A stretch of DNA of 63,337 bases, filler included, from Octopus bimaculoides (Eukaryota): assembly GCF_001194135.2 (NCBI RefSeq). It is 4 parts of 4 records of this genome, joined end to end, with 100 filler letters (N's around TTAATTAATTAA, not from the genome) between each part and the next. Parts side by side here need not be neighbours in the genome. Positions count along the whole stretch, not along the records: positions 27,605 to 58,984 come from NC_068983.1; positions 59,085 to 60,823 come from NC_069010.1; positions 60,924 to 63,337 come from NW_026328324.1; 1 more part is not named here. One strand, 5' to 3'. Both the position numbers and the translations under genes were made by a program. The stretch's first letter is position 1. Every line of letters begins with the position of its first letter. The notes beneath the pieces were generated by a model. That model searched no databases and was not told the origin of the DNA. It was given only the letters and a program-made list of their open reading frames with translations. Below, in pieces: positions 52,726 to 63,337 of this stretch.

Positions 52726-53052
52726 CAAGGAGTGATTTTGAAGAAAATGCAAATTAAATTCTGTTACAAATGAAATTCCATTAAAGAACAGTAGTAAAAC
52801 ATATGGAATTTCAATCTGCATGATTGGAAATATGCACAGCATTATTAAGAAAATACACACACACATGCACACAATTTAAGAATTCAATGTAAAGTAGAAG
52901 ATAGTCATTGATGTGACTATAATTAATTTTATATCATGCCTTGTTAGTCATTAAAAAAATTAATATTTGGCATATTAAAGCTGGATTGATCAAACTAGTT
53001 CTCTTTTCTGTTTTGTTATATGTGGTACAGGATTATCAAATGTAAAGTAAAC

Positions 53053-53083
<31 letters not shown>

Positions 53084-53784
53084 CACACACCCACACACAC
53101 AAAACCCTGCAAAGTAACTTCAGTTGTTATAACTGATGTGGTTAGAGTAATGCATAAAAAATTATCTCAACAGAAGGAGAAAAATACATAAAAAGCAAAA
53201 CACATCTTTTGAGATTTTATGCATTTGTGAAAAGTAAAGATTAACATGAGAAAATGATACATTTCAATATAAGACACTGAATGAATGCAGTTTTACATAA
53301 ATAACTGTTAATGATTGTTTTTATAGAGCACTCAATGTCCATAATAACAGGTTACTTTCTCATTGACATGACATGAAAAAAGATATTTCCTTCTGTGTAA
53401 TTTTCTTTGGTAGACAGTTCAAAAGCATGCTACACTTACTAAATGCCTTCCAGAAATAAGTGAGCTAATTCTGTCCTAACCTATAAAAGCCAGGTTTAAA
53501 ATGTCTGTCCAGGCTTAACAACATAATAGACTGGAATTATAAATATAATCAGATTTGTAATTATAAATGCAGCCAACTGAAATTGATAGGTGTAGGTGGC
53601 AAATGAAATGGCATATTTCTGTTATTGAGCCATTCAAATAAATTAAATAACAATATTATTCTCTAAGGAAAGTAGTTGTGTAATGATAATCAGCCAGGAT
53701 GTATACACCCTACAACAGCCTTTTAATACTTTAATAATGAGACATTTCATTATTTATACTAAACTGTTTATTTTATTTGATTAT

Positions 53785-53849
<65 letters not shown>

Positions 53850-54899
53850 NNNNNNNNNNNNNNNNNNNNNNNNNNNNNNNNNNNNNNNNNNNNNNNNNNN
53901 NNNNNNNNNNNNNNNNNNNNNNNNNNNNNNNNNNNNNNNNNNNNNNNNNNNNNNNNNNNNNNNNNNNNNNNNNNNNNNNNNNNNNNNNNNNNNNNNNNNN
54001 NNNNNNNNNNNNNNNNNNNNNNNNNNNNNNNNNNNNNNNNNNNNNNNNNNNNNNNNNNNNNNNNNNNNNNNNNNNNNNNNNNNNNNNNNNNNNNNNNNNN
54101 NNNNNNNNNNNNNNNNNNNNNNNNNNNNNNNNNNNNNNNNNNNNNNNNNNNNNNNNNNNNNNNNNNNNNNNATATATATATATATATATATATATATAGA
54201 AAGGATAAGATGCAAAATTGGCCTTAGCAGGATTTGAAATCAGACTGTAACATGTAACAATTAGACATCATAATTTACTTTTCTGCTACATTCTGCTCTA
54301 CATTCAAATACTATAAAAATAATAATTAAGGTTAACACTACCTTCTAGTCTAAGTAGGCTTGTAGCAGAGTTCATTCCATTACAAGTATCATGATCTGAC
54401 TTTCCACTGTACTCTCCTAGATGCTAAAAACTAAAACTGAACTTGGTTGGAAAGTTCTCTCTTGTCATCTCTAAAACTTGTGAACTCTGATTCAGCTTAA
54501 ACAACCACACATTACTTTCTAATATCACATACACCACACAGCCTGTTCCTCTCTGAGTCAACCCCCTTCCCCCATTTATTTATTGCTTATTTCTGCTGTC
54601 CAAGCTATGCTTTGTATTCAGATTTCAAATTTGTATTCAAAGGTGGTCTCATCTCATAGTGAGATTTCACTCTCTTCACCTTTCACTTCACTCATACAGT
54701 AAAGTAAGAAAGCTACTCTAGCTCAAAAACGTCCTTCTCCACTCTTCCAAATACTTCTGCTTTCTCCACTACTCTCTTAACTCCTCCCCCCACCTATAAC
54801 TCCCTGACCATTAAGAAGATCTATTGCATTAAGAACATTTATTTCACTCAATCCCTCTCTGGTGTGATCATTCACCCTCTGTACTTAATGATTGCTTGT

Positions 54900-55990
54900 G
54901 TGGATTTTGTAAAGCCTGATTCCCTATGTTTCACACTAGCTGAATCTAGTGAAAATAGTGTGACTGTTTACAACATCAGTGAAACTTTTGATATGTCTAA
55001 AAAGCAAATTTTCTAGCAAAACTGCTGCCTATGGACTCAACCTGTCTCTCATTTCTTGGATAGGTGGCTTCCTGCCCCACCACACTACCATGGTGTGTGC
55101 TGATGGTGCTCCCTCTTTGACTCTCACAATACTAAATGCAGTGTGCACCAGCATGTGGCCGTGTTTCCATCTCCACTCATCCTGCTATACATCAATGACC
55201 TACTTATCATCACCTCCAACAAAATCTGTTCCTATGTAGATGATACCATCCTTCATTCCTAACCTTCCATACCCAAGTTTCATCCATATGCAACCTAGAA
55301 ACCTCCAACTGAATCTGCACCAATTCTATGAATAGAGACCTCAAAAATATCCTCCAATGGAGTCATGCTAATCTTGTCTACTTCAACAACACAAAGACAC
55401 AATCACTTCACATATATAAAAAAAAACAAAAAAACTATTTTGTACTCTTACTCCCAAAACATAAATAGCATGCAGTGAGAACCTTGTGGTCATTAGAAAG
55501 GCTTGACCTTAGAATTACTGAAGATCTCTTATGAATGCACATCCACAACAAAGCCAAAAGTACCTTCAAAAGACTGGTCTTCCTCCTCAAAGCCAGAAAA
55601 TACTTCAGCCTTCAACAACTGCTAACTCTCTACAAGGCTCAGGTGACATTTACAATGGAGTACTTACATCAGGGACAGTGCTATGGATACATATAAACAT
55701 TCTAGAATGTATCTAAATAAAGGCGACTTGACTGATTGATATAAAGTCACTCACCAACATAAACAACTACTACTTTTTCTATAACTATTACAATGGCTTC
55801 TGTTACTTGCACTGACAGGTCTCATGCAACCCCCACTCAGACATTTCTGACTCACATATCTATCTTGCTCTCACCGCCTATACTGTATCCACCCACCGCA
55901 GGCCCTGCACAAACCGATACACCCAGTTGCCTCCCAGAAGCTTAGGCATATGGAATTCCTTCTCTGTACATGTTTATTCTGCAGTCATTA
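54900..55990 (+). mobile_element. Degenerate CR1/L2-like LINE RT 3' fragment
   Basis: INDLLIITSNKICSYVDDT, RDLKNILQWSHANLVYFNNTKTQ, KARKYFSLQQLLTLYKAQV. It may extend upstream to ~54330. Confidence 0.7.
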
Positions 55991-56459
55991 GCTCATTAAT
56001 GTTCAAGAGTACTCTTAACAGCATTCATACTGTCAGTCTCAAAAGGCCTGTGAAGATTAGAGGTACTGCCCCTCCCCAACACCATATAAGAAAAAGGGGT
56101 GGGGTCTAAATGTTTGAAATAAGTTGTTATTTACATAATTTTCTGGAGTACTGAATTCAAATTTAAATTATTCATATAATATTAATGTAATATTTACATC
56201 GATATTGTGTTTTGATTAGTTCAATCTCTGGTCATCAAGAAAGGGTTTTGTTATTGAATATGTACAGTGTCGCATACTTGATTTGAACCTTCATAAATTA
56301 AGTGAAGCACTATCCTTATTCATTAGATCACTGGAGCAGCTAGTTCTGAGTTTAACTTCAGTATAGGGCCATATACCTGTCTAGGAATGAGATACTTATG
56401 ATTAGAGATTAAATTAATAGAAATTAGGTTGACAGTCTGCAATATTATAATTTCTTATA

Positions 56460-56680
56460 TAGGCACAAGGTCAGAAATTTTTGTGGAGAAGGAACAGTTG
56501 ATTACATTAACCAGTACTTGACTGGTACTTTATTACATCCTTCCTCCCACCACCCCAGGAAAAATGAAAGGAGAAGTTGACCTTGGAGAGATTTGAATTC
56601 AGAATGTAAAGAGCTACAACTGAATGTTGCCAAACATTTTACCCAATGCTCTAATGATTCTGCCAATCCACTACCCTCTT
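56460..56680 (-). mobile_element. SINE family B copy (diverged)
   Basis: actggtactttatt..gttgaccttgg..tttgaattcagaatgtaaa. Confidence 0.65.
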
Positions 56681-57130
56681 AATCATAATAATAATTAAAT
56701 TTTCAAATAACTATTTTTAATTTGTTTTCCAAAAATATCTCTAATGTATTTTAATTAAAATTCATCTAATTTATAATTTTTTTCCCTGGAAAAACTAGCC
56801 TGATGGAAAATACAAATGTAGTCTCAATCTGAATTTCTAAATGAGATTATAAAACATTTATTAACCTTTTAACTGCAAAATTAAATTTTATGGTTATGCC
56901 AACAATGATGTTAAATATCTACCAAAAACAAGAAGTGGTATTTTCTGCAAGTCATATTGCCTCAATAAACTTGATATATTTCATCATGAAAACAGTTTCA
57001 AATAAAACATTCCTTAACAAAAGACAGATTGGTACATATAAAAATGTTTTCTGTTGTTAAAAGTAATAACATTTTGAGTGGTTATATCTAATTTCTACAG
57101 TAAAAGTGTTGAGTGTCCATAGGGACTTAC

Positions 57131-57138
57131 CACCAAAT
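57131..57138 (-). CDS. Candidate 8-nt microexon ATTTGGTG of the same gene (would encode ..L-F-G-A..)
   Basis: atgtttcag|ATTTGGTG|gtaagt. Read as xx|A TTT GGT G it fits the N-terminal (H)L(H/Y/F)GAT motif and lies upstream of the confirmed exons. Flanking exons were not found. Confidence 0.35.
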
Positions 57139-58711
57139 CTGAAACATCAGGTTATATGTTTTATACCAATCTTAAAAGAAAACACTGATATAATCATTTG
57201 TTGTTTCTTAAAATGTGAGAAACATGCTATTAACATAAGTAATGACATTATTAAAATTTTGAATTTCATCAAGTCTAGCACTAAATTAAAGAAGGTTTCA
57301 CAAATCTGATTACAATGAAGGGATTAAGAATTATATGAATTACCAGCATAACTTGCATCTATTCTAGCCCATAAATAGTACATTAAACTTGGAATGTCAT
57401 TCCTACAAAACTGAAGTAAACTTTCAACAGTATATGAGTATCACATTCATATATAGCACTTTTCCTTTTTGTTTTATATAAGACTCTTCAAAACTAATTA
57501 TTTAATAACTATATAAATAAACTTAATATTTCAAATTGATTAATTGTTAACAATGTATGCACTACTACTGTTTAGGGTTGTCAGGAAGGTTAAGACAATT
57601 TTCTTTCTGGTTTTGTCTGAAGGATAAAGTTGGATGACATTTTTAAGGATGCTACTTTTGTATTTTTCCATTTAAGCAGTAAATATAAAAATTTTAGAGA
57701 AAAATAACTGTGAGCACACAATCAGAATTGAAATATTATGCTATTCAGAGTAGGACAAAATTAATGCTCATGGTTTCTGTGGACTGTCTGAGATCATCAC
57801 AGTTGATATTCAAAATATGTCACCAAAAGGGTTTGAAATCACTACAATAAAGTTTTATATAGAGTACAATAAAAAAAATATTTGTACCAAAGCAATACTG
57901 CAACTTACATACATGATTTTATGCATAGAATATCACCATAAATATAATACTCTCAAATGCATAAGAGTATCACAAGGCCATCAGAATTATTCACAGCATA
58001 CTATCCCAAATGTTGTATCCTTAGCCACACAACAGCAATAGAAATATATTTTCACAAGCAGAATGTTATCAGATATGTATTATAAGCAGAATGCTATTAT
58101 GAATTTGAAACACATTATCTTAACAATAATCTAAAGAATAACATACAACCTATAAGAGGTTTTCAACAATATCCTTTCTTTGTATTTACTTCTTTTCTTG
58201 TGTCCAACTCTGAATAACCTAATATTTCAATTCTGACTGTACATTCTACTTGTGATTACCTCATCAATTATTTTTCTTCTAAAATTTTTATCTTTACTGC
58301 TTAAAACAAGGAAAACTAGAAAAGCAGCACCCTTAAAAATACCATCCAACTTTTCTGTAAAATCTTTATTCACTAACAAGTTGCAATAAGTAGCTCACTA
58401 ATATACTGTGTACCCCCACCGTATCATTTACAATGATTATCATAATGATCTATGTTCAACTGAACTTGTTACTTTTATACTACTACCACCTAAGCTTACT
58501 TAGTTCATCCACCTCTCTTCTGTATTCAACTCTTTGGCCAATTTTTTTGTCTAAGAACTGCAACATTCTTGAATTTATTCTTCACTCATATATCGCTTTC
58601 ATCAAATATTAACCTGCAGAAGTTAAAGTGAAACATTAACTGCATTGTCCTTAGTTGTTTGGGTCATGTGCAACCCTATTACTGAGACAATACAATTAAA
58701 AGAAATAATTA

Positions 58712-58984
58712 TCTATACATATAAAAATGAGAATGTGTGTCTGTCTGTCTGTGTGAATCCCTAAAACTCGAGAACTACGCAACCAATTCCATTCAAATTT
58801 TACACATGCCTTACTTAGGGTTCCAGTTGTGTTTTAGTCAAAAAAAATTATTAACTTCTTGCAGAGTTCGAGCACACGGCAACATAATATCTCCTCCACT
58901 ATTTAAGTATTACGTGTCAAAAGTGAAACAAAAACACTCATGTCAAATACTTTCACTTTAAAAATGAAACTATTCCACTAACTG
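58712..58984 (+). mobile_element. Non-autonomous Helitron-type 5' end
   Basis: a|TCtatacatataaaaatgagaatgtgtgtctgtctg..aactcgagaactacgcaaccaatt: a TC start typical of animal non-autonomous Helitrons; truncated by a gap. Confidence 0.5.
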
Positions 58985-59279
58985 NNNNNNNNNNNNNNNN
59001 NNNNNNNNNNNNNNNNNNNNNNNNNNNNTTAATTAATTAANNNNNNNNNNNNNNNNNNNNNNNNNNNNNNNNNNNNNNNNNNNNTAAGTACCAGTTGAGC
59101 ACTGGGGTTCGTGTAATTGTTTAGCCTTGTCTCACAAAATCTCAGGCCTTCTGTCTTTATGTTCTGAGTTCAAATCCTGCCAAGGTCAAGTTTACCTTTT
59201 ATTCTTTCAGGGTCAATAAAATAAGTACCAGTCGAGTACCGAGGTTCATGAAGTTCCCTTAACTGGTGCAGCCAGTCAT

Positions 59280-59500
59280 TGGAGTGCCTCTTGCAATGCT
59301 TTTGCAGTCAGCTGTTGCCACTGGTCTCTGTTCCCTACCATACATAGCAAGGTCGCAGGGTTGTGACCTGTCCAATCATTGATGTTGTCAAACCAGGATT
59401 TTCTCTGTCTGCTCCTCTTTCACCCTCCCTCAACTGGACCCTGAAGAAGGGTTTTGGACGGGCAGAGACTGCTGCCTGCAAGCACCATGAATCACAGTGG
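59280..59500 (-). mobile_element. 3' end of a different RTE (BovB-like) LINE
   Basis: Minus frame SKTLLQGPVEGG*KRSRQRKSWFDNINDWTG..NRDQWQQL matches the RTE C-terminal pattern. Confidence 0.7.
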
Positions 59501-59609
59501 CTATTCCAGGGCATCTTGTTTACTATCCCATAGGGCAATGCCTTTTCCATTTTGTTTGCTGGTGCCATGGGAAATGTTTCTACATTGTACGGAGAGGATT
59601 GCAGCTGTA

Positions 59610-59945
59610 AAAGCAATATGTGTGGCAGCAGGATTTGGTGCCTTGCCATACCTCCAGAAGTGGTTGTCGGAGAATTTCTACAACTTCACCAGCCCCCAAT
59701 TCCTGGCTTCTTAACCTCCCTGATTGGAACCCATTGGGTTACTACATTTGGGGGCACAGCTGAGAAAGGCACCAACTGCTCTGCCTGCGACACCAAGGCT
59801 GAGCTGGTGGCCAAGATCAAGATGTTCGAAGATCTTCCTAGGGACACAGTGAGGAATGCACTTATGCCAGCTTCCAGAGCTGTCTCACATGTGATGGAAG
59901 CTAAGGGCAGCTACTGTGAGGAAACAGTTATCTCCCAGCCATAAT
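59610..59945 (+). mobile_element. Tc1/mariner (maT/DD37D-like) transposase C-terminal relic
   Basis: VWQQDLVPCHTSR, QKWLSENFYNFTSP, frameshifted WPPNSPD.NPL.YYIWG, then AEKGTNCSACDTKAELVAKIK..LPRDTVRNA. Confidence 0.75.
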
Positions 59946-60068
59946 CCAGTTGATATTTTGAGAATTTTGGGGATGAAATATTGTGTTTTGCTTTTATGCA
60001 AACTATCAAATTTAGCCCAAACACCTTGTATTTACATAACTGTTTCACACATGCATATATATTAACTA

Positions 60069-60823
60069 TGTGAATTGAGGGAGATTTGGCTGCTATTTCT
60101 AACAGCTCTAGCTACCATGTAGAGGTCTCCCTCACTGGCTCATACATACATACATAAAACGGTAAGGTGTGAATTGAGGGAGATTTGGCTGCTATTTCTA
60201 CCATCTCTAGCTACCATGTAGAGGTCTCCCTCATTGGCTCATACATATATATATACATGCATAAGACAGTGGCTGTGAATTGAGGGAGATTTGGCTGCTA
60301 TTTCTACCAGCTCTAGCTACCATGTAGAAGTCTCCCTCATTGGCTCATACACACATAAAACAGTAAGGTGTGAATTGAGGGAGATTTGGCAGCTATTTCT
60401 ACCAGGTCTAGCTATCATGTAGAAGTCTCCCTCATTGGCTCATATATACATATATACATACATAAAACAGTAGGATGTGATTTGAGGGTGATTTGGCTGC
60501 TATTTCTACCATCTCTAGCTACCGTGTAGAGGTCTCCCTCATTGGCTCATACATATATAAGACAGTAAGGTGTGAATTGAGGGAGATTTGGCAGCTATTT
60601 CTACCAGGTATAGCTACCATGTAGAAGTCTCCCTCATTGGCTCATACATACATATATACATATGTAAGACAGTGGCTGTGATTTGAGGGAGATTTGGCTG
60701 CTATTTCTACCAGCTCTAGCTACCATGTAGAGGTCTCCCTCATTGGCTCATACACACATATATACATACGTAAGACAGTGGCTGTGATTTGAGGGAGATT
60801 TGGCTGCTATTTCTACCAGCTCT
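60069..60823. repeat. Tandem array, at least 8 units of 95-107 bp
   Basis: Units start at 60069, 60168, 60274, 60369, 60476, 60571, 60677 and 60783; core tgtga(a/t)ttgagggagatttggctgctatttcta..gtctccctcattggctcatac; runs into a gap. Confidence 0.95.
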
Positions 60824-61069
60824 NNNNNNNNNNNNNNNNNNNNNNNNNNNNNNNNNNNNNNNNNNNNTTAATTAATTAANNNNNNNNNNNNNNNNNNNNN
60901 NNNNNNNNNNNNNNNNNNNNNNNCTTGTGGTTGGTAAGCAAGCTACTTACCACACACCCACTCCTACGCCTATGGCTGCTGTTCATTGTTGGTGGACCTT
61001 ACAGCATGCTCAGATGTGGTTTTGAATTTGTTTTGCAAGCATTTTCATCTGAAAATGTGTGTTCAAACC

Positions 61070-61150
61070 AGGACTGTGGAGTCGGAGTCTGAAACGATTA
61101 AGGGGTAGCTGGAGTTGGAGTTGGTATACTGACTCTGACTCCGACTCACG
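61070..61150. mobile_element. Small inverted-repeat (hAT-like MITE) remnant
   Basis: ggagtcggagtc ... gactctgactccgactc. Confidence 0.35.
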
Positions 61151-61454
61151 GTATTTTTATTCTTTAATCTAAACTGCTCAGAGTACAAGCGTATGCATAT
61201 GTTTTATGAGATATGTAGACTACAATCACTTGATTACAAACCAATATTGTTATATTTAAAAAGCTTCATAGTTAATAAAGCCTATAAACACACTGATCGG
61301 CTGTTGTTTGTCTATATTTTGCTTCTTTTTATATATATTTCTTTTCTTTATTTTCAAAGTTTTTGTTCGTCTTTTTACTTGTTTCAGTCATTTGACTGCG
61401 GCCATGCTGGAGCACCACCAAGTTATAAGTTTTTAGTCGAATGAATCGACCCCC

Positions 61455-61682
61455 TTATATCATCATCATCATCATCATCATCGTTTAACGTCCGCCTTCC
61501 ATGCTAGCATGGGTTGGACGATTTGACTGAGGACTGGTGAAACCAGATGGCAACACCAGGCTCCAATCTGATTTGGCAGAGTTTCTACAGCTGGATGCCC
61601 TTCCTAACGCCAACCACTCCAAGAGTGTAGTGGGTGCTTTTACGTGTCACCCGCACGAAAACGGCCACGCTCGAAATGGTGT
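61455..61682 (-). mobile_element. RTE LINE tail, reverse orientation, running into a gap
   Basis: catcatcatcgtttaacgtcc..gtagtgggtgcttttacgtg. Confidence 0.85.
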
Positions 61683-63337
61683 NNNNNNNNNNNNNNNNNN
61701 NNNNNNNNNNNNNNNNNNNNNNNNNNNNNNNNNNNNNNNNNNNNNNNNNNNNNNNNNNNNNNNNNNNNNNNNNNNNNNNNNNNNNNNNNNNNNNNNNNNN
61801 NNNNNNNNNNNNNNNNNNNNNNNNNNNNNNNNNNNNNNNNNNNNNNNNNNNNNNNNNNNNNNNNNNNNNNNNNNNNNNNNNNNNNNNNNNNNNNNNNNNN
61901 NNNNNNNNNNNNNNNNNNNNNNNNNNNNNNNNNNNNNNNNNNNNNNNNNNNNNNNNNNNNNNNNNNNNNNNNNNNNNNNNNNNNNNNNNNNNNNNNNNNN
62001 NNNNNNNNNNNNNNNNNNNNNNNNNNNNNNNNNNNNNNNNNNNNNNNNNNNNNNNNNNNNNNNNNNNNNNNNNNNNNNNNNNNNNNNNNNNNNNNNNNNN
62101 NNNNNNNNNNNNNNNNNNNNNNNNNNNNNNNNNNNNNNNNNNNNNNNNNNNNNNNNNNNNNNNNNNNNNNNNNNNNNNNNNNNNNNNNNNNNNNNNNNNN
62201 NNNNNNNNNNNNNNNNNNNNNNNNNNNNNNNNNNNNNNNNNNNNNNNNNNNNNNNNNNNNNNNNNNNNNNNNNNNNNNNNNNNNNNNNNNNNNNNNNNNN
62301 NNNNNNNNNNNNNNNNNNNNNNNNNNNNNNNNNNNNNNNNNNNNNNNNNNNNNNNNNNNNNNNNNNNNNNNNNNCTACAGGTTGACAGTTAACTGGTCTG
62401 CGTCGTTAACCACACGGCCGTCAAGACAGCTTTGTAAATAGATTTAAAAATAAGATACTTAAAGCTATCCAAGCAAAATTCAGTCATAAAAACAGCTTTA
62501 ATGGTCTCCTTTTTTAATTTTTTTTCTAATTTTTCTTAAAACTTCCAAAACAAAGAAAATTTCATTTTAGGAAGAATTTCTAATTAAAACTGAAATACTT
62601 AAAACCTCAACAAACCAAAAATCTTCTTTCTCTCACCTTCTGTTTTTATTTACTCTGCTCCGGCAACACACCTGTTTCGGTCTCTTACCTTTAATTACCT
62701 GGCACAAGAGAACTTCCTCCTCAAATGATGAATGTGTAGTTAATCGAATCAAAAACAAAAAAAAATTGCTACAAATATAATTTTTTTCTTCTTCAAAAGT
62801 GGTGTCCTTCGATGTGTTGATATCCAAGCAGTAGGTGCCGGCACCTGGCCTTCTCTTGACTAGTATATATATTTATCTCATTGACAAAGATAGAATTTTA
62901 TCTTTACAGAAGTGACAAAAGAGAGTCGCCCCTCAGAAATGCCATCAGGTACCTCCTTGTGTCCAGTATTTTCCTGGAAATCAACCAGCCGTAGATGATA
63001 GCATCTGCTCGATTGCATCATTCTCTGCATCGCTATACACATAATGACCGTCACTTCTGACCATTCCACCATTGATATCTGCCTGAGTAAATGATCATTG
63101 TGTTAGCTACTTTCTGAACAAGTCATCCGTAGATTTCTACCGAAGCAACAAACAGGCAAATGAAGACCTCACCAGAAAACTTGTTATGCTAGAAATAACA
63201 GCTAAAGATCTGGTACACAGAAATATGTTATTAAGACGACTTATCTGTTGCATATGATTTTTTGTTTTACTTTAAGTAAATTCCCAAGTAAACGTTTCTA
63301 ACAGAAAGGCAGAAGACACCAGAAGCAAAAATAAGGA

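Noticed and set aside
58499-58613. Minus-strand exon-like segment with a strong acceptor
   Set aside because: Stops occur in all frames from the acceptor and there is no similarity to the enzyme N-terminus; a UTR exon cannot be supported without RNA data.
60069-60823. CRISPR-like appearance of the tandem array
   Set aside because: The units are too long, the linkers are related microsatellite-like sequences rather than unique spacers, the context is eukaryotic, and there are no cas genes.

Overview
AT-rich, gap-containing animal genomic scaffold. The repeat families resemble those of octopus/coleoid cephalopods, which is an inference. The only host gene I can support is a minus-strand, long-intron gene for a glucose-6-phosphate 1-epimerase-like (aldose 1-epimerase family) protein. 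Three exons splice in frame (41775-41693, 31682-31609, 29128-29058), and there is a possible 8-nt microexon at 57138-57131; the remaining exons were not found. The rest is intron-like DNA full of mobile element relics: several 5'-truncated RTE LINEs, a Dong/R4-type RLE LINE next to a (TAA)n tract, Penelope-like (PLE) RT and GIY-YIG fragments, a CR1/L2-like LINE, two mariner-type relics, Helitron ends, MITEs, at least five SINE families, microsatellites and a ~100-bp tandem array. The most interesting signal is a set of hammerhead-ribozyme (HHR) motifs in distinct small elements. These are (i) a ~1.3-kb foldback whose two ~510-bp arms each carry an HHR with a long structured insert in stem II, flanking a promoter-like spacer; (ii) a second long-loop HHR family with the same core grammar; and (iii) a tRNA-headed SINE carrying a minimal PLE-type HHR. 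Most ORFs in the supplied track are microsatellite, N-gap or TE artefacts. No computation or database search was run; identities and folds were judged by eye and repeat coordinates are approximate.
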